DNA from: Squalus acanthias | Taxonomy: Eukaryota | Reading direction: 5' to 3' | DNA: 64,000 nucleotides | Assembly: GCA_030390025.1 (NCBI GenBank) | Contig: CM059431.1 | Coordinates: 100,380,001 to 100,444,000 of the forward strand | Shown: piece by piece, positions 24,706 to 37,710 of the stretch | How the letters are laid out: every line of letters starts with the position of its first letter | How positions within the stretch are numbered: position 1 is the stretch's first letter | The notes under the pieces: model-generated | Databases searched by the model: none | Told to the model about the DNA's origin: nothing | The model's input: the letters and a program-made list of their open reading frames with translations, nothing else | Position numbers and translations under genes: made by a program

Positions 24706-27685
24706 GTGGATGCTGGCAGTGGATCAGCCATCAACGAGCCTCACCGCATCTCCCTCCAGAATGTCCGTTCACTTGCGAACAAGGCTCTTGCCATCCATGA
24801 GCTTATCATGGATGATTACATCGACATCATGGTCCTGACGGAAACTTGGTTGAGGGGTGATGACACCTTACCCTTAAATGAAGCCTCCCCGCCTGGCTAT
24901 ACCTTCCACCACTTGCCCCGCTCAGACCGCCATGGTGGCGGTGTAGCTCTCATCACCAAATCACACCTTGGTCTGTCCCCCTACTCCTCCGGCACTTTCT
25001 CCTCCTTTGAGCATCTCACCTTATTCCACCCCTCTCACCTCTCATTTAAAATTCTTGTTCTCCACCGCCCACCCAAGTACCATAAACATTTTATTACTGA
25101 GATATCTTCACTGCTTTCCTCCCTCAGCCTCTGCACCGAGCGACTTCTCATCCTCGGTGATTTCAACCTCCATCTCAATTCATCATGCTCTCCCTCCTCT
25201 GAGTTCACTACCCTCCTATCCTCCCCTAATCTCTCCCTCCATGTAAACTCCCCAACCCATATTCACGGCCACCCCCTCGACCTTGCCATCTCTCGTGGCC
25301 TCACTACCCCTATTGTATTAATCGCAGATAAGGCCATCTCTGATCACTTCCTCGTATCGCTCTCCACCCAAATCCCCCTCCCCGCCCCCCCCCCCTCCCT
25401 CCACCCAACCCTACTTCCTCCTGTGTCCCCCCCCCCTGGAAAAAACTCTCCCAACTCTCTTACAACTGCACTTTTAAAATCCCAACTGTCCAGCCTTTAG
25501 CCCTCCATTCACCATGACATTTCTGCCGCTACTGATCTGCTCAACCACACCCTCACCTCCACCTTTGATGCCTTAGTCCCCATTAAAACAATTACTCTCT
25601 CTCACCCTGGCCGTTCCCCCTGGTATGGCCCTCATCGCCACACTCTTAAGTCCAAGAGATGCAGACGTGAGCGGATATGGCGGACAACTGGTTTAGCCAT
25701 TCACCGCCAGATCTGGCTGGACCACATAAAGCATTATCGGGTCCTGCTCTCATCGGCCAAAACTGCTCACTATCCCAGAATCATTCTGGAATACAAAGAT
25801 AACCCCCGGCTTCTTTTTTCTCTCCTGCAAACCGTCTTCTTAAACCCCTCTCCCCTGTCTCCTCCACCCTCGCCTCTAACAACAAGTGTGAGGAGCTCAT
25901 GGACTTCTTTGTCTCTAAGATTGAAACCATCCATTCAGCTGCCTCTGCCACTTCCCTTCCTTCCCCTAGCCCACTGAGCCAAACTTCCTCTAAGGTTCCC
26001 CCCTGCCCTAGCCTTGAACTCACATCTTTCTCTAGTTTCTCTCCTATCTCCCCTCATGACCTCTCCAAGCTCATCTTGTCCATGAGACCCACCTCCTGCT
26101 CCCTCGAGCCTATTCCCACCAAACTGCTGACCACCCAACTTCCCTTCCTGGCTCCCATGTTAGCTGACACTGTTAACGGTTCTCTCTCCTCAGGTACTGT
26201 CCCCCTCTCCCTCAAATCTGCCGTCATCACCCCTCTCAAAAAAATCCTTGATCCCTCCGTCCTTGCAAACTACCGCCCCATCTCCAACTTCCCTTTCCTC
26301 TCCAAAGTCCTTGAACGTGTTGTCGCCTCCCAAATCCGTGCCCATCTTTCCCACAATTCCATGTTTGAATCCCTCCAATCAGGTTTCCGCCCTTGCCACA
26401 GTACCGAAACAGCTCTCATCAAAGTCACAAATGACATCCTTTGTGACTGTGACAAAGGTAAACTATCCCTGCTCGTCCTTCTTGACTTGTCTGCAGCCTT
26501 TGACACGGTTGACCACTCCATCCTTCTGCAACGCCTTTCCACCGTCGTCCAGCTGGGTGGGACTGCACTCGCCTGGTTCCATTCTTATCTATCTAATCGT
26601 AGCCAGAGAATCACCTGCAATGGCTTCTCGTCCTGCTCCCGCATCGTTACCTCTGGTGTCCCCCAAGGATCTATCCTTGGCCCCCTCCTATTTCTCATCT
26701 ACATGCTGCATCTTGGCGACATCATCAAAAAACACAGCGTCAGTTTCCACATGTACGCTGACGACACCCAGCTCTACCTCACTACCTCTTCTCTCGACCG
26801 CTCCACGGTCTCTAAATCGTCAGACTGCTTGTCCAACATCCAGTACTTGATGAACAGAAATTTCCTCCAACTAAATATTGACTTTGGTCCCCGCCACGAA
26901 CTCCGTTCCCTAGCCACTGACTCCATCCCTCTCCCTAACATCTGTCTGAGGCCGAACCACACTGTTCGCAACCTTGGTGTCATATTTGACCCTGAAATGA
27001 GCTTCCAACCACATATCTGTGGCATCACTAAGACCGCCTATTTCCACCTCCGTAACATCGCCCGTCTCCGCCCTTGCCTCAGCTCATCCGCTGCTGAAAC
27101 CCTCATCCATGCCTTTGTTACCTCTAGACTTGACTATTCCAACGCACTCCTGGCTGGCCTCCCACATTCCACCCTACGTAAACTTGAGGTCATCCAAAAC
27201 TCGGCTGCCCGTGTCCTAACTCACACCAAGTTCCATTCACCCATCACCCCTGTGCTCGCTGACCTACATTGGCTCCCGGTTAAGCAACGCCTCAATTTTA
27301 AAATTCTCATCCTTGTTTTCAAACCCTTCCATGTCCTTGCACCCTCCCTATCTCTGCAATCTCCTCCAGCCTCACAACCCCCCGAGCTCTCTGCGCTCCT
27401 CTAATTCTGCCCTCTTGAACATCCCTGATTATAATCGCTCAACCATTGGTGGCCGTGCCTCCTGTTGCCGAGGCCCTAAGCTCTGGAATTCTCTCCCTAA
27501 ACCTCTCCGCCTCACTGCCTCTCTTTCCTCCTTTAAGACGCTCCTTAAAACCTACCTCTTTGACCAAGCTTTTGGTCACCTGCCCTAATTTATCCTTATG
27601 TGGCTCGGTGTCAAATTTTGTCTTATGACACTCCTGTATAGCACCTTGGGACGATTTACTACTTTAAATACAAGTTGTTGTTGTC
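24706..27685 (+). mobile_element. Near-complete L2-clade LINE ORF2 (APE endonuclease + reverse transcriptase), disrupted
   Basis: APE motifs QNVRSL, LTETWL, GGGVA, LGDFN, GHPLDL, SDH (24706-25500). RT motifs YRPIS, QSGFR, DLSAAFDTVDH, GVPQGSILGP, YADD (25899-27404). Stop at 25498-25500 and a frameshift near 25815; gttgttg tail. Confidence 0.92.
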
Positions 27686-27704
27686 ATTTGTTTAGAGTTG
27701 CAAA

Positions 27705-27901
27705 ATGTCCTTGCAACACATACGGTACTGGCTTTATTTACTGGTCATCTTCAAATTATTTCTCAACAGATTTGCAGTGATTGCATCGATCGGCAATCCT
27801 TCAGTGTTGGATGTTTTCTCTACGAAGTGTACTGGGCATCGTTACACACACTCCAAACTACTGTTGGCAAAAGAAAATAGACTGTACCATCAAGAAGTTT
27901 G
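27705..27901 (+). CDS. Candidate upstream GGACT exon encoding a hydrophobic N-terminal extension (or a uORF)
   Basis: tttag| acceptor at 27694-27695, aaaATG at 27705, tg|gtaagg donor at 27902 (phase 2). In frame with GGACT if spliced to the aaccag| acceptor at 57874-57875. Confidence 0.4.
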
Positions 27902-28035
27902 GTAAGGCTGTAGTGTATAAGAACGTAAGAAATAGGAGCAGGAGTCGGCCATTTGGCCCTTCGAGCCTGCTCTGCCATGCAGTAAGATCATGGCAGATCT
28001 TCGACCTCAACTCCACCTTGTTGCACTATCGCCAT

Positions 28036-28246
28036 AAAACAACCTACTGCACCTGGTATTCCCAGGCAGCCTCTCATTGAAATACTAACCAGGCCTGACT
28101 CTGCTTAGACTTTGAGATCAGACAAGATCGGGTGTGCCCATAATAGTGTGGCCCAACATTTCCCTTTAAGCTGTGTGCAATTTTGAATGGCCCGCGCGGC
28201 CCATTAACGGGCCAAAAAAAAATGACATTGGTGTGGTCAAATAGGC
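28036..28246 (-). pseudogene. 5S rRNA pseudogene (or 5S-derived SINE head) interrupted by a MITE
   Basis: Minus strand cccgatcttgtctgatctc...ctaagcagagtcaggcctggttagta...gcctgggaataccaggtgcagtagg follows vertebrate 5S rRNA with many substitutions. Confidence 0.85.
28154..28230. mobile_element. hAT-type MITE (internally deleted, 77 bp)
   Basis: Ends caacatttccc / gacattg. 8-bp TSD gtgtggcc / gtgtggtc. Confidence 0.7.
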
Positions 28247-28404
28247 AAATAAGCTCTGTCAGAAAATCTGGCGGGAGTGAGATGAAATACAGTAATGAAA
28301 AGATTTGTAAATGGAATGCGCCTGGGGAACTGTGCAACAAATTTATTTCACTCACGAGAAAATCCTTATTGTCACGTGAAATATTGACACCCAACATGGC
28401 TTCA

Positions 28405-30575
28405 TAAAAAGGAGGTCATGTCTTACAAATCTAATTGTATTTTTTGAAGAAGTTACAAAGTTGGTGGATGAGGGAAGCCCAGTAGACATTGTCTGCTTAG
28501 ATTTCCAAAAAGCTTTTGATAAGGTACTGCATAAGAGGCTTCTCTATAAGATCGAAGCCTCTGGTATTAGTAGTAATATATTGAGCTGGATTCAGAACTG
28601 GCTGGCAGGACGTAGGCAAAAAGTAGTTCGAGATAGATTTGGATCTGTTTGGAGACCGGTCACCAGTGGTGTCCCGCAGGGATCGGTGTTGGGGCCGTTG
28701 TTCTTTACTGTTTTTATTAATGATCTGGATGTAGGTGTTGGGGGCACGATCTGAAAATTTGCAGATGATACCAACATCTGTGCGAGTGTTCGAACCGTAG
28801 ACGATGCTCGTCTGCATCAGGCAGATCGTAATGTGTTGGGTGATTGGGCTCAAGACTGGAAAATGATTTATAAGTGCAGTGTTATGTATGTGGGCAGGGC
28901 AAATGCTCAACATTCATACACCCTTCAGGGAAAGGCATTAAGGATGGTGGAGATAGAAAGAGATTTGGGCATTCTAGTGAATACATCCTTAAAGGTACAT
29001 GAGCAATACCCTGGAGTGATAGCTAGAGCGAATAGGGTGTTGGGGTGTATCCATAGGACAATTGAGTACAAGATGAGGCAGACTGTTTTGTCCTTGTACA
29101 AGACCTTAGTCAGGCCGCACTTGGAACACTGTGTCCAGTTTTGGGCTCCTCACATGGTGGGTGATATTGAAGCTTTGGAAAGGATGCAGAGGAGGGCCAC
29201 TGGACTAATTCCCAGTCTAAAGCATCTTAGTTATCAAGATAGGCTAAAAGAGTTGGGACTCTTCACCTTAGAGAAGCGTAGACTTAGGGGGGGATCTGAT
29301 TGAGGTTTATAAGATCATGAAGGGAATCGATTGCGTTCCAGCTGACAGTTTATTTCAATTAAACAGGTTAGGCAGCACCAGGGGTCACAAATTTAAGTTG
29401 TATAAGGCTGGATCTAGGTTAGATGTCAGGAGGTGGACCTTTCCCCAGAGAATCGTGGACCTCTGGCACAGGCTGCCGGCTCGTGTGGTGGACGCGGACT
29501 CGCTGAATTCCTTCAAGCGAGAGCTGGACCTGTTTCTGGCTGGGGCGGAGATCACCTCTTACAGAAAGTGGGTACTGCAGGGAATTCAGGGCCAGACTGG
29601 ACTAGTTTCGATTGCCGAGGGGGGTCGGAGAGGAATTTCCCAGATTTTTTCCCCCAAATTGGCCTGGGTTTTTTATGTTTTTTTGCCTCTCCCAGGAGAG
29701 CACAGCGTTTCGGGTGGGGTAGAGAGTGTATATATTGGCCCAGATATTCCGATCGCAGGCCTCCCGCGGGCGGAGGACTGTGATCTGGAAAAATCTACGC
29801 CCTTACCTGAGGGCTCCCCGGGAGGCGCACAGTTCCACTCCTGGGCCTCTCCAAACTGCCGGTGTGCAGGGCCCACGTATCCCAGAGGCGCAGGTAGTTC
29901 GCAACGTCCCTGGGATCACGTGGGCCATGGGGAGCCAATCACAGAAGGGAATCTCCTTTCATACATTTGACAGGAAGACCTGTCAAATATATGAATGGAG
30001 ATCACCCCCAAAACATAGTAAAACTTCAAATAAATTTTTTTTTAAAATCACATTTTTAAAATGACTTGAAATTACATAAATTAACTATTTTAAACAAAAA
30101 ATTTATTTTTTGAAAAAAATAATTAAAGTTTTTAACGGGGCTAAAAATAAACTTACCTTTCTTTAAAGTATTTTTAAATGATAAATCAGTTGAAATTTTT
30201 TTAAAAACTTTTTTCAACTCTTATCCTGGTAAAAGCAGGCCTTACGCTTGCTTTTAACAGGCGCAAGAATTGTAAGTGTTTTCTGCGGGCGGAGGGTCTC
30301 CAAAAAGCGGAACTATCTGCCCACAGAGACCCTTCTCCCGGGCAGCCGGAGCATCTGTCAAGAGCTTTCTTGACAGATCGGAAATGCCGGTTTCCAGCGC
30401 ATGCGCAGTGCATGCCTGAAACCGGCATTTCCAATGTCCCTACGGGTGAGTACACAGCGCGTACCCACCCGTAGGGATCGGAATATCCGGCCCATTGTGT
30501 TACACAAGGCATCGCAATTATGTGGGACAGGCTCGATGGACCAGAGGGTCTTTACCTGTCCTGTCATTGTTCGCA
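28405..30575 (+). mobile_element. CR1 LINE RT/3' portion interrupted by a MITE
   Basis: [32 protein letters not shown] motifs with stops and frameshifts. Confidence 0.88.
29737..30493. mobile_element. PIF/Harbinger-type MITE
   Basis: 18-bp TIR ggcccagatattccgatc / gatcggaatatccggccc (2 mismatches), 3-bp TSD ATT. Confidence 0.75.
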
Positions 30576-31239
30576 TAAATAAGACTATAAGAACATAAGA
30601 ATTAGGAACATTCGGCCCCTCGAGCCTGCTCCACCATTCAATAAGATCATGGCTGATCTTCTACCTCAACTCCACTTTCCCGCCCGATCCCCTTATCCCT
30701 CGATTTCCCATGAGTCCAAAATTAATTTCAGCCTTGAATATACTCAACGGCTGAGCATCCGCAGCCCTCTGGGGCAGAGAATTCCAAAGATTCACAACCC
30801 TCTGAGTGAAGAAATTCCTATGTACTGTGGTACTGTTCCCAATTCTGTCCTGCCCATAATGAACATTTAGGAAGACAGGATTTGGGATCCAGGATTCGGA
30901 AAGATGTCTGCTCCTGCTCCAGTTGGATCTGCGATAAATGTGAGATCTGGCCGAAGATGGATCGTTCATGAAGATCATGAAAGTTTTTTTTATTCCCCTC
31001 CTGTAGTTGGGAAAACCAGGATTCAGAAGATGTATTTATTTGCAAGCGATTTGGGGGAAGAGTTATTTTTGCAGGGACAGACACAGAAGGAAGTAGGGTT
31101 GGAAGAGGGTGAAAACTTAGAACATGAGCCCTTCCGAAGAACAATGACTTTAAGTTGATGTCACATGGTAGAAGCTAGCTGGTTTCTGGTTACTACATAG
31201 ATTTTATTTATTTTTCAAAAATGATGGTTTAATAGGTTC

Positions 31240-34200
31240 TTGTTGTGATCTGGAATGCGCTGCCTGAAAGGGCGGTGGAAGCAGATTCAATAGTAACTTT
31301 CAAAAGGGAACACTTGAAAAGGAAAAATTTGCAGGGCCTATGGAGAAAGAGCAGCGGGGGAAGAGTGGGACTAATTGGAGAGCTCTGTCAGAGAGAGCCA
31401 GCGCAGGCACGATGGGCCGAATGGCCTCCTTCTGTGCTGTAGGATTCTGAGAGGATAGCCGCTGACAGGAGATTTTTAAGGGTGCCACATCGCACCCCCA
31501 CCAAAGCACTTAAAGGTGCGACACAGGTTAGCAAGACCATAAAAAAAGCAAACCAAGCACTAGGGTTTATTTCTAGAGGGATAGAATTGAAAAGTAGGGA
31601 AGTTATGCTAAACCTTTATCGAACCTTGGTTAGACCACACTTGGAGTACTGCGTACAATTCTGGTCGCCATATTATGAAAAGGATATAGAGGCACTGGAG
31701 AGGGTGCAGAGAAGATTTACAAGGATGATACCAGAAATGCGAGGTTATACCTATCAGGAAAGGATGAACAGGCTGGGTCTCTTTTCTCTTGAAAAAAGAA
31801 GGCTGAGGGGTGACCGAATAGAGGTCTATAAAATTATGAAAGGTTTTGATAGAGTGGATGCAGAGAGAGTGTTTCCACTTGTGGGGAAGAGCAAAACTAG
31901 AGGCCATCAATATAAGATCGTCACCAATAAATCCAATAGGGAATTCAGAAGAAACTTCTTTACCCAGAGAGTGGTGAGAATGTGGAACTCACTACCACAG
32001 GGAGTGGTTGAAGCGAATAGTATCGATACATTTAAGGGGAGGCTAGACAAGCATATGAGGGAGAAGGGAATAGAGGGTTATGCGGATAGATTTAGATGAG
32101 GAAAGGACGGGAGGAGGCTCAAGTGGAGCATAAACACCGGCCTGGACTGGTTGGGCCGAATGGCCTGTTCCTGTGCCGTGTATCCTATGTAATCCGATGT
32201 AAACCGAGTCGTGCTGCTAATGTAAGAAAGGTGTTGCGGAGAAGTATTTTTTTTTGTCGAGTAGTGGTACAGGGGGTCAGCCAAAGCAGGAAGCCCCAGC
32301 TCTGGGCTGGGAAGAAAGGAGCAAAGCCAAGAGCAGCTTCAAAGGAAGGGACAGGATACAATCCCACGAGTCTGTTCAACTTCAGTGGCTTCTTTTATGA
32401 AGGTTAGCATTGAAAGAGCGGTGACCTTTACAGCAGCTTCAGTCAAACCAACGGGGTTCAGGTTTAATGTTTTAGTACAGTTTGTTTTCTCACCTGTTTC
32501 CTGAAAGCTTTCTGAAGAATTGAGTTGTGACTTTTCTGCCAAGTGAGGCAGATAAGTTTGCTTTCTTCAGATGGCAGTGGGGTTGTTGCTGCACTTTTGA
32601 TTCTCAATGTTCCTCGAATTGTAGAACAGTACAGCACAGAAGGAGGCCATTCGGCCCATCGAGTCTGCGCCAGCTCTTTCGAAGAGCAATCCAGTTAGTC
32701 CCACTCCCCCGCTTTTTCCCCATATCCCTGCAATTTTTTCTCCTTCCCGTATTTATCCAATTCCGTTTTGAAGACTACTATTGAATCTGTATCCACCGCC
32801 CGATCATAGAAAGTTACAGCACGGAAGGAGGCCATTTCGGCCCATCAGGCAGCTCTTTCCAAATCCCAACCACTCGTTGCGTAAAAAAGTTTGAGCTGAG
32901 CATTTCACCAAATCATTTAACTTACAATAATGGAACAGCATACTCCTGTTGTATTTTTGAAATCTCAAGTGAAAATTGATAATTGAAATGAGTTTTACAT
33001 AGAATTTACATAGAAAAAGCACATGGGATCCTTGGCTTTATAAATAGAGGCATAGAGGACAAAAGCAAGGAAGTTACACTAAACCTTTATAAATCACTGG
33101 TTAGGCCTCAGCTGGGGTATTGTGTCCAATTCTGGGCACCGCACTTTAGGAAGGATGTCAAGGCCTTGGAGAGGGTGCAGAGGAGATTTACTAGAATGGT
33201 ACCAGAGATGAGGGGGTTTCAATTACGTGGAGAGACTGGAGAAGCTGGGGTTGTTCTCCTTAGAGCAGAGAAGGTTAAGCGGAGATTTAATCGAGGTGTT
33301 CAAAATCGTGAAGGGTTTTGATAGAGTGAATAAGGAGAAACTGTTTCCAGTGGCAGGAGGGTCAGTAACCAGAGGACACAGATTGAAGGTAATTGGCAAA
33401 AGAACCAGAGGGGAGATGATTTTATTTTACGCAGCGAGTTGCAACTTTCAAAAGGGAATTGGATAAATACTTGAAAGGGGAAAAATTTGCAGGGCTGTGG
33501 GGAAAGAGCAGGGGAGTGGGACTAATTGGAGAGCTCGTTCAAAGAGCCGGCACAGGCACGATGGGCCGAATGGCCTCCTTCTGTGCTGTATCATTCTATG
33601 ATGTGTCAAGATGGGATCCTTTTGATAGATCAATAAAGACAGCTGATAACTTCATTTTGTTAAAGTTATTTTCTCCATCATCTCTCAGCCTGTACTACAC
33701 ATTCTCCCACTGAACTGAGAGGGCAGGCAGTTAGGTTGGGAAATGTTGATGTACAAAGGGACCTGGGTGTCCTTGTACACCAGTCACTGAAAGCAAACAT
33801 GCAGGTGCAGCAAGCAGTTAGGAAGGCAAATGGTATGTTGGCCTTCATTGCAAGAGGATTTGAGTACAGGAGCAAGGATGTCTTACCACAGTTGTACAGG
33901 GCCTTGGTGAGACCACACCTGGAGTACTGTGTGCAGTTTTGGTCTCCTTACCTCAGAAAGGATGTAGTTGCCATAGAGGGAGTGCAGCGAAGGTTCACCA
34001 GACTGATTCCTGGGATGACAGGACTGTCGTATGAAGAGAGATTGGGTCGACTAGGCCTGTATTCACTAGAGTTTAGAAGAATAAGAGGGGATCTCATTGA
34101 AACGTATAAAATTCTGACAGGGCTAGACAGACTGGATGCAGGGAGGATGTTTCCCCTGGCTGGGGGCTCTAGAATGAGGGGTCACAGTCTCAAGATACGG

Positions 34201-34480
34201 GGTAGGACATTTAGGACTGAGATGAGGAGAAATTGCTTCACCTAGAGGGTGGTGAACCTGTGGAATTCTCTGCCACAGAAGGCTGTGGAGGCCAAGTCAC
34301 TGAATATATTTAAGGAGATAGATAGATTTCTAGACACAAAAGGCATCAAGGGGTATGGGGAGAGAGCGGGAATATGGTATTGAGATAGAGGATCAGCCAT
34401 GATCATATTGAATGGCGGAGCAGGCTCGAAGGACTGAATGGCCTACTCCTGCTCCTATTTTTCTATATTTCTATGTTTCT
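31240..34480. mobile_element. CR1 3' fragments (31240-31450 +, 31515-32200 +, 32620-32890 -, 33020-33600 +, 33730-34480 +)
   Basis: ORFs 31482-32099 and 33736-34245 carry LVRPHLEYCVQFWSP and related motifs. Confidence 0.88.
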
Positions 34481-34528
34481 TAACAAATTCGTACGAATGT
34501 GGTTCTGAATCAGCCAGTAGGATCTGTC

Positions 34529-34793
34529 TCTCAATGTCTCCTACTCTCTCCTGCTTTCTATCCCACCACTGACCTTCCCCTTTGTTCTTTCATCCCCTCC
34601 TCCTTTTCCCAGCTTTATACTTGCTTTAAATCTATTTCATTTCCTGCTTTTTTCCAGTTCTGACGAAAGGTCTTCGACTTGAAACGTTAACTCTGTTTCT
34701 CTCTCCACGGATGCTGCCTGGCCTGCTGAGTTTTTCCAGTGTTTTCTGTTGTTATTTCGGATTTCCAGCATCCGCAGTATTTTGCTATCATAC
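34529..34793 (+). mobile_element. Penelope-like family A insertion with a hammerhead motif at 34656-34692
   Basis: 11-bp TSD taggatctgtc (34518-34528 / 34794-34804). agtt CTGACGA a aggtc ttc gactt GAAA cg tt aact. Confidence 0.7.
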
Positions 34794-35956
34794 TAGGATC
34801 TGTCATCTGGGAATCTAATTTGCAGTCCTTCCCTGAAAGGATGCGTCTGCCATTCGCTGGGCTCTTCCCAGATACCCCCCAGCGGAGACCGGGAATTTCT
34901 TGCAGGTATCACAAGAGACAGGGCGTTTATTATTTAAGTCCACAGTCTCCTGGGCCAATGTCCTGCAGCACTGGAGGTCAAGAGCTTTCTTGTTTGAGCT
35001 AAGTTAAAACAATTCTTTAGGGGGGAGACTAAAACTCGGGGCCATAAACGTAAGATAGTCACTAATAGATCCAACAGGGAATTCAGGAGAAACTTCTTCA
35101 CCCAGAGAGTGGTGAGAATGTGGAACTTGCTACCACAGGGAGTAGTTGAGGTGAATAGCATAGATGCATTTAAGGGGAAGCTAGATAAACACATGAGGGA
35201 GAAAGGAATAGAAGGATATGGTGATAGGGTGAGATGAAGAGGGGTGGGTGGAGGCTCGTGTGGAGCAGAAACACCGGCATCGACCAGTTGGGCCGAATGG
35301 CCTGTTTCTACATAACAAGAATTAGGAGCAGGAGTCGGCCGTACGGCCCCTCGAGCCTGCTCCGCCATTCAATAAGATCATGGCTGATCTTCGACCTCAA
35401 CTCCACTTTCCTGCCCTATGCCCGTACCCCTTGATTCCCTTAGATCCTGTGCTGTAATTTCTATGTACAGTACAAAAATATTGAGCGTTTATACTTAAAA
35501 CATGTACAGTGCAAGAACCTTGAGCGTATCGACTCATAGAACAGGAGGCCCATTGAGTCTGCGCCGGCTCTTTCGAAGATTAGATAAGACTTGTACAGGA
35601 AGCCAGGCAATGAACTTTTGTAAAATGATGTGGGGTTAGGGTTAACCGAAGGGTAGATGGGGGGAGCTCCTCGTCTTTGTTCTTTCAGCTTAGGTGCCAT
35701 TTTTTTTGTCCACTAGAATAAATGTATTGTTGTTTTAACCAAATTAATTTTGTGTACTTTGGTACAGTGTTTAGAAAAGACTTGAAATGAAACTCGCCAA
35801 GTGTCACGCCAGCATGTATAATGGGAGATTCTGGCTTTATAAGGTTCAGGATATGATTTCAAAGCTTTTATTGTCTTCAGTGTTGGAGCATGATTACTTC
35901 AAGATGTTGCAGCCTGCTTTCTTGGACCTTGATGAGTTCTGTCAAAATTCAAATGC

Positions 35957-36148
35957 TGTGTGTGGGGGGGGGGGGGTGGTGGGGGGTGTGGGGGGGTGGG
36001 GTGTGGTGGGGGTGGAGGGGAGGTGTGTGTGGGGGGTGTGTGTGGGGGTGTGTGTGGGGGTGTGTGTGAGGGGTTGTGGGGGGGGTGTGTGTGGGTGTGT
36101 GTGAGGGGTTGTGGTGTGTGGGGGGGGGTGGGGGGTGAGGGGGAGGGT
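35957..36148. repeat. G/T-rich low-complexity tract (G-quadruplex-prone)
   Basis: Many G3+ runs separated by gt dinucleotides. Confidence 0.9.
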
Positions 36149-36500
36149 GCGCGGTTTGGGAAGAGCTTCACATTTCCTGTCGTGCAGTTGCGTTCCTGTT
36201 GTTTGATTAACTGAATGGAGATGTCGGTCTGTTTGATTTATCTTTGCCACGGACTGTGTGGTTTATCTTCACGAACCGTTTACGTATTTATCAAAAATTC
36301 CAACAGTTTTCTCCAGTTGGTTTCTCTCTTTGAACACTTGGCTTGCTCTGTGTAGGATTAATCCGCATCTCTTGCACTTTTTTAGCACTGCAATATTCAA
36401 AGTCCTAGTGCAATGGCTCGCTTCAGGAATGTGTAGTGTTAGCTGCAGTGGTTGGCAAGAACCCACCTTGCATTGTCGAGAGGGCAGTGACAGGTACGTT

Positions 36501-37213
36501 AGCCCGGAATTTGCAGTCAGTGGCGAAGGAAAGGTGCTCGCCACCGGCCCCGAAGAAAGCTGCCAGAAAGATCTCGCGATCTCTGTGGCGAGAAGTTTGC
36601 CTTTTTCACCGTTCAGTTGATTTCAGCGTTGTGTAGTGGGTGTTCCCAGTGCGGTGCTGCTGTGACGTCAACAAGCAGCCAATCACATTGCAGAATTCTC
36701 ACAGACAGGAAATGAGAACCTGCTTTTATCCGGACTTTTTAAAAATGTTACAGAGAGCGAAAAAAAGATTGGGACTCCCACATGTGGATAAGGTAGAAGC
36801 TGAAATAATCATGAACAAATTTTTTTTTAAAATTTCAGTAAACTTGTAATTTTTATCATAATGGAGAAATTTGACACTCCACAAAATTAAAATTAGTTTT
36901 TCCGGGCCAGAACGTTTGTTTAGCCGCCAATACGCTGTTAAAACCCCAGTTACACCTAATCCAACAAGGTCTAACATTTAATGGAGTATTGAACAGCGAT
37001 ATTACTGCAGAAAAGCCCAAGTTTTGGTCAGTTCCACTGATTACAGGCTCCGGGGAGGGGGGTGGGTGGCCAGAGTGCAGCCAGTGTCGGAGCAGTGAAT
37101 GACTGGCCGCATCTTCAGGATGTCCGCACACTACGTCCTGAAGTTGTGGTCAGTTTCAGAGGGGTAATAAGGGCTGACAGTTCGGCGTTATTACCCATCG
37201 CAAATTTGGACCC
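36501..37213. mobile_element. Older Harbinger-like MITE
   Basis: Imperfect TIR agcccggaatttgc / gcaaatttggaccc; gtt/att flanks. Confidence 0.45.
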
Positions 37214-37280
37214 ATTATAACTGCACATGGCATTAACACTGCTTTCTATTTACATTTAGACTTCACTATCTATAGTAGAG

Positions 37281-37710
37281 AAAGACTTACATTGATATAG
37301 CGCCTTTCACGACCACCGGACGCCTCAAAGTGCTTTACAGCCAATGAAGTACTTTTTTGAAGTGTAGTCGCTGTTGTAATGTGGGAAACGCAGCAGCCAA
37401 TTTGCACACAGCAAGCTCCCACAAAAAGCAATGTGATAAATGACCAGATAATCTGTTTTTGTTATGTTGGTTGAGGGATAAATATTGGCCCCAGGACACC
37501 GGGGAGAACTCCCCTGCTCTTCTTCAAAATAGTGCTATGGGATCTTTAACATCTCATCCGAAAGATGGCACCTCCAACAGTGCGGCACTCCCTCAGTACT
37601 GCACTGGAGTGTCAGCCAAGCTTAATGTGCTCAAGGTCCCTGGAGTGGGACTTGAACCCACAACCTTCTGACTCAGAGGCGAGAGTGCTCCCAACTGAGC
37701 CACGGCTGAC
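37281..37710 (-). mobile_element. Deu-domain SINE, no array
   Basis: Full tRNA head and tail with a single hairpin unit. Other array-free copies lie at 56685-57127, 58797-59148 and 60487-60940 (+). Confidence 0.85.

Noticed and set aside
29737..30493. CpG-rich patches as CpG-island promoters (also 10093-10795, 36501-37213)
   Set aside because: Bounded by TIRs and, in the best cases, TSDs, so better explained as MITEs.
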